A stretch of DNA of 63,453 bases, the filler included, from Conidiobolus incongruus B7586 (Eukaryota), in assembly GCA_000697335.1 (NCBI GenBank). It is 15 parts of 15 records of this genome, joined end to end, with 100 filler letters (N's around TTAATTAATTAA, not from the genome) between each part and the next. Parts side by side here need not be neighbours in the genome. Positions count along the whole stretch, not along the records: positions 48,976 to 53,816 come from JNEM01000590.1; positions 53,917 to 57,586 come from JNEM01000591.1; positions 57,687 to 60,329 come from JNEM01000592.1; positions 60,430 to 63,453 come from JNEM01000593.1; 11 more parts are not named here. The stretch is one strand, 5' to 3'. The translations under genes were made by a program, and so were the position numbers. The notes under the pieces are model-generated. The model was not told the origin of the DNA. It saw only the letters and a program-made list of their open reading frames with translations, and searched no databases. Of this stretch, positions 52,294-63,453 are shown in pieces. Numbering within the stretch: position 1 is the first letter of the stretch; every line of letters begins with the position of its first letter.

Positions 52294-54990
52294 CTAATTT
52301 CCTTTTACGCTATATAATTTTATAGCTTGTTTATATTCACAGTTCAAATAAATAAATTAAATAATTCTGATTTATTATTTTATATGATATGAAAAAGTAT
52401 TTACTTTACAAATTTCTATTTCAAAAATAAGGTCACAATTTATCTAACCTATAACTCAATTTGCATGTTTATGTGACTAATGCTTTCATAATCAAATGTT
52501 ACAATTCAATGTTCAAGATAAATGTATTTTGATATAAACCCTGAATTTCTACATATTGTAACATTTTGAAATAATTATTAATTTACCAAATTCCAACCTA
52601 TGTATTAGATGATTATAATTGCAATAGATTCTAATTATAATTATTAAAAAATCTCCTAACTTTTCCGCAAGTTTTAGAAATTATATGTGATTACATTAAT
52701 TAAATGATTCCGACTAGTACAAAATGAAATATCCCAACTATTACAGTATGTATTGTATTTGAAATTAATATTAAATTTATTTAAAATGATATGATCAAAA
52801 TTAATCTTTTGAATGAAAGTATATTTGGTTAAGTTTAAATATAAATTGAGAAAGGAATTTAGTACTGTCTTATGTATTTTTAAAATCTATATATTCAAAA
52901 TAAGTAAATTTAGTTTAACTGTAAACAGATAGAATTGCTATTTAATATACTCCTAATTTTTATTTGAATACCCTATTTATCATTTAACCAATTAATTTTT
53001 TGTACTTTTGTTATTGAATATCGATTGGAAAAATTTTTACTACTCTGATTTTATTAAGGTTTATTTTTTTTTTCAATATAATAAGGCATAATAACATTAT
53101 TATATTTGAATGTTTTATTAGAAAGGACTAAACACTTTATACTCTTATTAAACTATATACACAATAATTACCAGATTCATCTAATTGATAGAAAGTAATT
53201 AATCAAAATTACAAAATATTTTGAAATATTAAGTATATATTCAACACTGGTTGAAAATAGTTAATAGTGTTCACTAAATTTTCTCAGTTAATAATAATGT
53301 TATACAGACGTAGTAATGTAATAATCAAGCAAAATTAGAATTTAATAAATTATATAAATAATTGATCAAACCAATAACAAATATTTTGTAATTTTATATA
53401 ATATAACAATTATTAATTTTTAGTAACCTATTAGACATATATTATTCCTCAATATTCTAATATAATTAATCAACTAAAACAGATTATTTTCTTAATAATA
53501 TTCATTTGAATTTTCATTTTAATAAAAGCTTGTTAATTATGATTTTAATTTAGCTATTTAAAGAATTATGTGCAAAAATTTAAAAAAAAATTTCATATTT
53601 GACAAAATAAATTTTCATTTAACTAAATTAGGAATCAAATAATTAAATAAACAATTTGCCTTATTACATAATCAAATTCAATTTTATCACAATGCACTTT
53701 TAATTTATTATACTTTTATATCAAATTTCAGCTATTTTAATAAATTATTAAAATTATTATGTTTTAAATAATTTAAGCTTATATTTTAAATCTTTTATAA
53801 TATAATATATTAAAAANNNNNNNNNNNNNNNNNNNNNNNNNNNNNNNNNNNNNNNNNNNNTTAATTAATTAANNNNNNNNNNNNNNNNNNNNNNNNNNNN
53901 NNNNNNNNNNNNNNNNAAAAGCTATTAATAATAAAAAAGTATAATAATTTTATAAAAATATTTTTATTTTTATAAATTATATATTAATAATTTCATTTAA
54001 TTTATATTTTATAATTTTATTATTATATATTTTATATATTATTATACCCATCAAAAGTGATTATCTTAAATAATCTCTAATTAAAATTATAAAGGATATT
54101 TAATGGTATAATATAGAGAAAACCAAATAAACTATCTATAAAAATAATTATTTGTTTATATAAACAAATAAAATTTAATTTGGTGTTTTTCAATATAAAG
54201 CTTATAAATTTAGTAAATCAAGTCACATTAATCAATTTATTATTTGATTCACTTAAGTGGAATTGAGTGTATATGTGAATTAAGTTATTTTATATTTATT
54301 ATATAATGTACTTATAATACAACAATAGATTTGGAAATTAAAGTAATAGGTGCTATATATTATTAATTTTAAAATTCAATAACAGTTCTAATTTATACTA
54401 TTTAACATAACTTAGCAAAAATATATCCTATTAGTTTGAAGAAATTTAAAGATAATTTATTATAAGAATTTTTCAAATTATTATTTCATATATAATTATA
54501 GGTAAAATAATTGTTGTTATTTTAAGATTTTGCAATAGAATTATAAATTTAACTCTATTAATTCTTATTTTATAATAGTTATAATTTTGAAAAAAATTTT
54601 AAATTCACTAATTTTTTTTATTAATATACAACTTACACTGAAATAATTATTTAATTGCTCAATATGGAAGAAGTGGCTTTGTTGGTCCAACATGCTTACA
54701 TTATGATACTAAATTAAAAAATCAAACTCTAAGATCATCATCTCATAGTTTGGCTGTTATAAATCCTATTCTGACATCCATATTATAAATATCTCTAAAA
54801 GTTTTTAAAAATCTTATTTTTGCTTTAATTTTTATAATAAAATATATCGATTTAAAAAATAAAATATTTGAAGATTAATCAATAGATATAACAACTTTAA
54901 TGTTAAAAGGTTCTATTTATCAAACATATTTATTGTAAATAAAACAATATATTAATAAGAATGTAACTGTTATTATTATATCCGTTCTCA

Positions 54991-55029
<39 letters not shown>

Positions 55030-55212
55030 TTAGATTTGATAAAAATAAATATATAAAATCAAAAATCAATTAATGGGAATCATTATAATAATTTTATTAA
55101 AATGATAATTTCAAGATATAATTTGTTTGAAAATAATTGAGAGCTAAGATACTTTAATGGTTGGGGTAAATAGCATAATGATTATGCTATTGCTTCAAGA
55201 GAATATACAAGG

Positions 55213-56067
55213 TTATAAATCAGTCAAATCAATAAGAGGAGGGTTGCTTGATTGATATTGTTCAATCCCATTAACAGTAACTTGAACTCTGCCATCCGGA
55301 AATTCTCGTCTGACAGTTCTATTTCCTTGTGCGTCGGTAGTTATAGTCGTCGAGGTCCTCTGACCATTTACGATGCTTACAGAAGTTTGAGTGGAGACGC
55401 CACCGCTTCCAAATGAAAAAGATTGAGATCGGGAAAAATGTGAGTTACGGTTACGATTGTTGGAATTTCTACTCAGTCTGTTGAAATGGTTTGTAAAATG
55501 GTGGTTTCGAAAGTGACTGTCGAAACTTGAGCCACGGTTATAAGGGATGGGGTTGAAGGAGGAGAAATGGCCAAAAGGGCTGTGATTAAATCCAGAAAAC
55601 GACTGAAGAGGCCAGAATGATTGGAAGGGGTCACTCATTCCAGAAAAGAAAGATGGCTGATGCATTGGTCCAAAGTGAGAGTTGAAATGAGAATTAAAAT
55701 GCGAATTAAAATGCGAACTCATGAAAGGATCTGAGGCGAAAAAGCTTTGAAATAACTCTCTAGGATCCATAAAGTGGAAGTGGGTGGTTGAGTAAGGGTC
55801 ATCCCATTCACTAGATAACTCGGGAGATGACTCAGGATTGGCCAACGAATAATCATATTGACTTCTCCTCTGGGTGTCCGATAGAGTCTGGTATGCTTCA
55901 GAGATAATTTTAAACATCCTTTCAGCTTCTTCGCGATTGTTGGGGTTCTTGTCAGGATGCCATTGTAGGGATAATTTTTTGTAAGCTTTCTTAATTTGGT
56001 CTAGAGTGGCTGTAGTTTCAATTTGAAATAGTTCATAATAGTTGATGTTATCTTCGCTATCGACCAT
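55213..56067 (-). CDS. DnaJ class B chaperone (DNAJB6/B8-like architecture)
   Basis: N-terminal J domain with HPD, F/G/S/H-rich region with SHFN repeats, and S/T-rich beta-type C-terminus ending VTVNG. Intronless. Confidence 0.9.
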   Translation of the reverse strand: MVDSEDNINYYELFQIETTATLDQIKKAYKKLSLQWHPDKNPNNREEAERMFKIISEAYQTLSDTQRRSQYDYSLANPESSPELSSEWDDPYSTTHFHFMDPRELFQSFFASDPFMSSHFNSHFNSHFNSHFGPMHQPSFFSGMSDPFQSFWPLQSFSGFNHSPFGHFSSFNPIPYNRGSSFDSHFRNHHFTNHFNRLSRNSNNRNRNSHFSRSQSFSFGSGGVSTQTSVSIVNGQRTSTTITTDAQGNRTVRREFPDGRVQVTVNGIEQYQSSNPPLIDLTDL

Positions 56068-58084
56068 TTTAAATACTCATTAATTATAACCCAATTTGAT
56101 AAATCAGTCCATTCAACCCTTTAAATATTATTTGACAATAGAATAATAAAATATGGGAAATTAGGACATTTTACAAGTCATAATTTTCAATTGATTGGAT
56201 TAATTTTTTTATTTGTCCAATTAAGAGAATTCACATGGATTATTGATAAAAGATCAGGGTCTTTAGCAATAATTAAGTAATTTCTAGATTCTTCCAATTA
56301 TCTGTAAGATCAATTCTATAGTATTTGGTTATTTAAATACACTAAAGCATTGAAATAACAAGCACATAAAAATGATCTCGACTCATATCTATTATCAAAG
56401 TATACTTAATAATTATTTTATTCGAAATTGACTTTACAATGACTATATTTGAATACTAAAACGCCATATTGAAATTGACCATAGAATCGCTGTTGAAAGA
56501 TTGGGCCACTCTATAGATAATCAACTCATGCTAGAAGTTATGATTTGTTTTATAATAAATACAATTAATTTTATTAAAGTCTGGTTTTAATTACATTTTG
56601 TATATTGGTTCTACCAATTGCTAGTAGAACGCTATTCATAGGGAAGTGAGCAGTTTGCTCGTGGTTCTTTTTAGTAGTTTGGATTGAGAAGCTTTATTAG
56701 GGTTTGTTAAGGATTTAATGGGTTTCACAGAAGACCAAAAGTGATGAAGAAAATGTATTCCAACAATGATTCTTTTATAGATCATTCGTCAGTTGTAGGT
56801 AGTGTAAAGGAGTGTATTAGGGATTCAGAAAAATGAAAGCTTGAAATTATATGACAAGTATTCCAAGATTATATCTTCAAAGAGTAATAGATTATGAGAT
56901 GAAGTGTGTCAGATGGGTTATTATCTCTGTAACCACAAAATAATTTTACCAATGAAAATTGATATTGTTCCCAGAATTTCAATTGATTCTGGGCACACCT
57001 AACAAAAGAAATCAAGGCCTAGATAAACTATGACCAAGAGCATGAATACTTGAATTCTATCTTATAATAATATTTAGTTTTAGACAATATAATGCTAAAC
57101 ATACTATTATCATCCCTAGTAAAATATAAATAATTATGACTATGATTTTGTCTCCTAAAAATAATAATAAATTAAAATCTTATCAATCAAATTTAAATAT
57201 TAATATAAAGATTAAAGTTAAATTATACAAACCCTAGGTGGATTTAAATATAGTTTAGTTTGGAATATTTAATAATTTTATTATCAAGGAGAAAGTAGTA
57301 TTTAGCCCAAACAATACAAAATAAATTATATAGCAATAACTAAAAACTTTTCTATCAAAACCTTAAATTGAATCAATATTATAAAATGAGTTTTTGATAT
57401 TAAATTATATTTTAAATCACAATTTAGTTACCAATAATGCAATTAGTAAATTTTATTAAGATCAATATATAAAAGGATTTTCTTTGAAGTTATAATTATA
57501 TTTAATGATATATTTATCACTTATAATATAAATTTTAAATTAGAAAAAAATTTATAAATAATTAATATAATATAACAATAAAAATANNNNNNNNNNNNNN
57601 NNNNNNNNNNNNNNNNNNNNNNNNNNNNNNTTAATTAATTAANNNNNNNNNNNNNNNNNNNNNNNNNNNNNNNNNNNNNNNNNNNNTCAAAATAAAATTA
57701 AAATATTTAATTGAATTTTAATTAAAAAATTGTTAAATAATACTATAATAATATATATTATAAAATTAATCTTTTAGAATTTTACAATTTAAAATAACTT
57801 TAAAAAAATATATTATATATAATATTAAATTCAATTTTATTATTCAAAAAAAACAATTAATATTAATTCTTTTTAAATTTAAAATTTAATATAATAAAAA
57901 ATTAAAATTAATAAATTTGATGTATTAATAATTTTATTATTTTTTTAATTGAATTAATTTCTTCTAATTAATATTAAAAACTATTATTTTTTTCATATAA
58001 TTTGTTACAAATTGTGTAAATTTGAAAATAATAATAAAAATAATAATAGTATGGAAAAGGATTAGTACTAAAACAGATAAAATG

Positions 58085-59122
58085 TTAAGTGGATGTGGAT
58101 GCTGTTGAAGCTACAGTAGTACCATAATCCCTAAACATTTGACTCAAGTACTCGTAAACTCCAAAGGTGATGCAAGTGCCGGGAAGGACACGGACAATAT
58201 TGGGTATAAGACCTTTATAAAATCCTAGGGGTCCCTCCATCCTATAAATCTTGCCAATAGCGTCTATGACCCCATCGTAGCGGACAGAAGATGCAGATTG
58301 GTAGTTCTGGACACGGGTTTTGACTACTTGGTACGGGTATGTGACTGTAGCTGCAATAGTTTTGGACAGTGAACTCATCCACAAGTATTCCCACGTAGGG
58401 AGTTTACTGTTAACTGATTCCAAATCTGTCGGTTTGTAATTCAGATTATGATTGTTACGCAAGTTCCACCTCCAGATTTTCAATTGTTCATAAGCTAGGA
58501 ATTGCACGGCACCATGCGATGTCCCCAGCAATGCTGCTGAAAATCCGCGATAAAGTCCTCGAAATCCTTCAGTTCTGTATAATGATTTGAGACCGTGCAA
58601 AAAACTTGTATATGCTTTGGGATGGTTGGGATCATTAGCCAACATTCTAGTCTTGATCACAAAGATCGGATTGGTAAACACTGTCGTCATCGCACCAGCT
58701 TGAGCGGATGCTAACATGCATTCAGATTTCGTCATTTTGGTAGCAATACGACCATCCCCCAAGTCCGAAGAGTATCTCTGTTTAATCTTTGAATAAAATC
58801 CAAAGTATAGTGCCCACGATAGCGACGATCCCAACAAATTGGGGGTAATACCGCGATAGAGGCCCGCTAAGCCACCGTTTTGGGTAATTTTTCGAAATTC
58901 GAATATACTTTTGCCAATAAGATCGCGTTTTAAGGAGAGTTTTTGATTGTTAGCTAATTATTAAATTAATAATATGACTTAAATTTAATGCAATAGGAAA
59001 ATACCTTGTAATCTGGTTTTAATCAAGTCCACAGGGTGAAGAACAAAAGTAGAAACTGTACCAGCAGTAAGACCCGCAACAGCTTGATCGATAGCTGGGG
59101 ATCCCGATATTGATTTGGACAT
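58085..59122 (-). CDS. Mitochondrial carrier, FAD/folate transporter type (FLX1/SLC25A32-like), 2 exons (59122-59005, 58953-58085)
   Basis: Three carrier repeats (HPVDLIKTRLQ, NPIFVIKTRM, YPYQVVKTRVQ) and subfamily-like motifs SWALYFGFY, GTSHGAVQFLAYE and RVLPGTCITFGVYE. Confidence 0.9.
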
Positions 59123-61532
59123 TGTTTTTTTCAATATTCTTTCTTATTCAATTAATATTTATTTTATATATTTTAATTATTATTAAAATTAAAAATTTTT
59201 CTTGAAATTTATTTTTATTATAATATTGTTACAAAAGTTAACAAAAAGTGAATTATGAAATTGAGAGGATGGGATTATATATAAACTAAAAGGATTACCA
59301 AATACTGATAGCTTTACACTAAGTCCATTACCAATTAATCGGTAATTGTCGGCATTTGATCCATTTTTTAATATCAACCAATCAATATTCACAATGATTC
59401 AAATCTGTTGGGAAGTTTAGAAATTCCTGCCAATGGGATCTTATTTGCAAGCGCTTGAATCCAGCTGTCAGTATTTGGTAGTAATTAAGTTATCCATTTT
59501 ATCTCATATAGTAATTGGGTGAATTGGGTGTAATCATATGGTCTCATTTGTGAATTGAATAGTTCAAATGACGTTTTGTTTGATTTACAATATACATATA
59601 TTTACTTTCGTTATAAATTAATGAAGGTATATTTAAATTATACAGAATTTTATTCAAATATATTCAAATTAATAAATTATGGATGAGTTAATTAAACCAA
59701 TTGAAGTATCTTATTTTTTTAAATTGAATGATAATATAAATTTATTAACAATAAAATGATAAAAAGTTGATAAAACAAGTCACAGATAAGATGAAAATTT
59801 ATGTATTATTAATATAATACAGTACTTTCTCATGACATGTTAATTATAATAATATGTAAAATACAAGATATTGAGCCTTATACAATATTTGAAGACAAAT
59901 CTAATTAAGAAAAAAATAAACTTATAGTAAAATTCAAAGTATATTATCAATCTAATTATCTTTAGTTATTGCACTAATGAATATAAAATTAATTTTATTA
60001 ATCTATTTATCATTTATTGATTGATTTGAAGTTATATAACTAAAAAACATTAACAAATTTATGCAATTTAATAAATAGCATATTTAAATAAATTAATTTT
60101 TTTATATTATTAATACAATTAATTATGATAAATTATTAGTAAATTAAATATTCTAAACTATTATAATATTAAATATATATTTCGAGTTGTCTAATTAAAT
60201 AAAATATTTTTATAAACTTAGCTATATTTTTAATTACTAATAAAAGATTTCGTTAAATATTGAAATTATTATTATTATGATAAGAATTAGTTATATAAAA
60301 TTGAATGATTTTTTACAAATATATATATANNNNNNNNNNNNNNNNNNNNNNNNNNNNNNNNNNNNNNNNNNNNTTAATTAATTAANNNNNNNNNNNNNNN
60401 NNNNNNNNNNNNNNNNNNNNNNNNNNNNNTTATTATAATCTATTAAAATAATTAATATTTACTTATTAATAAAATATTTATTTAAAGGAATATATAAAGA
60501 AGGTTAATTTAATTTAATCTAATACTTTGATTTATATTTTAAAAAAAGATTATATAAAAAAATCTATGATTAATTAATTATATTAATTTATTATAAAAGA
60601 TTTAGTTTATAATTATATCTTAGTAAGTTTTATTTAATAATTACTGTTCTAATTTTTTTAAGTTTTAGTTAAATTATAAGGTATTTATTTTATATTTTAA
60701 TTAATTAATTTGAATTTAAACTTTAATATATATAAAGTACTTATGTAACTAATATTAAAATACTTTAATAATTCTTTAAATAAAATAAAAAAATATTTTT
60801 TAATATATTTTTTCACTTTATTAATAATTAAAAAAATAATAGTTGAAATTAGTTTTTTAAATTTTAATAGGTTTTAAGTAGTTTTTTTCTTAATTTTAAA
60901 ATAATTTACCTAATAATTTGTTAATTTAAATAATCATTTATTATTAAAAGCTGCTTGTAAATTTTAAATAATTTTAAAGGGTTTATAATTAAGTTTTACT
61001 TATACTAAAATAAAACATTTTTAATGGTTATTATTTAGTTTAAATATAATTAAATTTAATAATTATTTTAAAAAAATTATTTTTTTTATTTGAAACTAAT
61101 AATATATTTGAAAAATCAAAAATTAAAAAATTTCTTATTTATTTAATTTTGTAGTAATAATATCATTATAAATTTTAAAATTAAGTTAAATGTGATTTTA
61201 TATTTTAACAGTTATAATTAAAGTAATAATCACCAAATTCATTTATGATTGGATTATTCAACATTATGGTAGATAATGGATATTATGATTTAAATTTAAC
61301 AACTATAGTATATTTATTGCATGTATATTGATAATTAATTATTATTTAATAGATATAAGATTAATATTTAGAAAAAAGTAAATAATTAATTAAATCTCGG
61401 TTTATTTGAATAAAGACAAAAATTGAAAAGTCCTATCGTCGTATTAAAAAGATAAAAATTATATTAAGAAAATTAATTAAAAATTTCCAATTGAAAAGGA
61501 CATTAATAGATGGTGATGATCCATCAAGAAGT

Positions 61533-63009
61533 TTATAATTTCTCAACTTGTTTTAACAAAAATGCTTTTTCATCATGGAATTGTTGATCATCTAAATATA
61601 ATCTTGTTAGTTGAAGTATAATAAGAAATATATGGATAACACTAACCACTTCGATCATTATGGAAATTAGAGAGAAAAGATAATAATTTTTCGTTGTTCT
61701 TTTTGAGAATATCTAAAACTGGCTTGCTTTTGTTTGGATTTGCAACAAAAACCTAATATTAAGGTTAATAAAATCACTAATGACATTAAAAATATTAATT
61801 GTAATAATACTTTGAATACATGAAAAGCTTCAAATTGAATATTGCGACTTTGATCTCTGAGCAAAATCATCATAAGTTTAAGATTCTCACCAACACTAAT
61901 ATACCGAGTCATAACGTTGAAATTTGAACGATCCAATAAAATTTCATTCAAAAGCTAACCAAATGAATAATGAGAATGATCATTCAAAGCCATATAAGTG
62001 ATATATAACTTACCTTAAGAGATTGGCGCTTAGTTACATAATTGGGTGAATTTAACAAGTCAGTATATTTTTTGAAAAACTATAATTAAATAAAGTCATT
62101 ATTGATCAAAATTGAAATATAATATTATCATTACTTCGTCATAATTTTTATCCAAAAATTCAGCAACCATGGGTTTGTGTTTAGTAAGTAATTCCTAAGT
62201 TAAATATAATTATGAAAATATATTTGCATAATGAAAAATATAAAAATACCCTAAAAGTAGCAAAAGCATCACTGGCAATATCGAAAGTACCAATTTCAAC
62301 ATAATCAAAAAATTTGAAGAAGTCTCGATTATATAAAATAATTCTTGCCAAGGCTTCGTATCGAATGCATTCTCTTAACATCATACCGCAATTCAATGTA
62401 ATATCAGGGTTTTCATATCTTAAATTAATCAAGTCAATATAATAAAAATCTAGTTGAACCAATTGGCATACCCTTTAACTAATAAAAATATTATATTTTC
62501 TTTTGAAGTCAAATATTCCACAGTAGGTAATCTTGAGCCTAATTTACGTCTAAGAAGATTATTAAATATTTGAGCTACATCCTTTCTTGTCTAAATCCTT
62601 GATTAATACTATATTTAGCTAAAGAAATTATTTATAAAACCTCAAATTCTAATTTATGTAAATTGCTAATTAACAAGTAAAGCAAGTCATTTGTATAGAT
62701 TTCTTGAGATAATTGAGCAACTAAATCTGGAGAAGGCTCGTGATCTACCGACAGTTAATTTAAATTAAAACATATATTAAAGCTAATATATTACCACTAT
62801 CTCCTAATAAAATGTTCTTCATTGCAGACAAATATTTAGTGGCATCTTCCTTTCCCTAATTATTTTCACAATATTAAGAATTCAAGAGATATAATAATAT
62901 AGTAAGATAATACCTTCTTATCGGGTAATTCTAAACGAGGTATAGATTCTCTAACACCGCGGACTAATTCGGCAGGGGATTTGGATTTAGACTTGAATAA
63001 AAAATTCAT
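61533..63009 (-). CDS. HYM1: Mo25/Hym1 (CAB39) scaffold protein, 10 exons
   Basis: Spliced [102 protein letters not shown], with nine short GT-AG introns. Confidence 0.95.
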
Positions 63010-63453
63010 ATTTTGTTATTTTCAATCAATAAATATTTGGAGAATTATATTATATAGAATATAATCAATATTATTGTCAACGGGTAATTTAAAAAATTGA
63101 ATGAGTTTGAAATGAGTAGTGATAAAAAAGTTAAAGGATTTAATCAGTTAAACTGTAAAATCCGCAGATATAGGTTTATTAACAATTAAGTTTTGAAATA
63201 GGAAATGATTTCATAGAGGGTCACTCACTCATATAATTTCCCATAATTCCATTTATAGCTAAACACATTGTGGCATGGTATATTTTAAAAAAATCAAATT
63301 AAAACTAAAAATTAAAATATTTGATACAATATTTAAAATATTATACAATGTATATATTGAATAACAATATATATAAAGAATTTGGTATATATTAATATAG
63401 TTAACTATATAATTACTATTATATAAAACTTAAAAATATTTAAATAACATTTA

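Overview
Very AT-rich eukaryotic (fungal) genomic DNA. It is made of 15 short contigs (about 2.6-5.2 kb) joined by 14 identical artificial 100-bp linkers (44 N + TTAATTAATTAA + 44 N), so gene order across linkers is unverified. Short GT-AG introns of about 50 nt, a class-A-like GPCR, an OLE1-cytochrome b5 fusion and a CABLES-type cyclin suggest an early-diverging fungus. Something Conidiobolus-like (Entomophthorales) is my inference, not a database result. Genes rebuilt by manual splicing: Yippee/YPEL, CABLES-like cyclin, HSF-type factor, Myb/SANT-like protein, Erv2, MIT-domain protein, FLX1/SLC25A32-type carrier and Mo25/Hym1. Single-exon genes: GPCR, forkhead factor, delta-9 desaturase, DNAJB6-like chaperone and two orphan secreted proteins. 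There is also one tRNA-Ser(AGA). Most notable: (1) a GC/CpG-rich island encoding an HsdR-N-like PD-(D/E)XK nuclease whose frame continues through three TAG codons to a TGA, followed by a tandem ~400-bp unit carrying a hairpin motif and a small ORF; (2) a complete but internally deleted chromovirus (2 LTRs, 5-bp TSD) with a strong C->T/G->A hypermutation signature at CpG and CpA; (3) a probable poison cassette exon in the Yippee gene.
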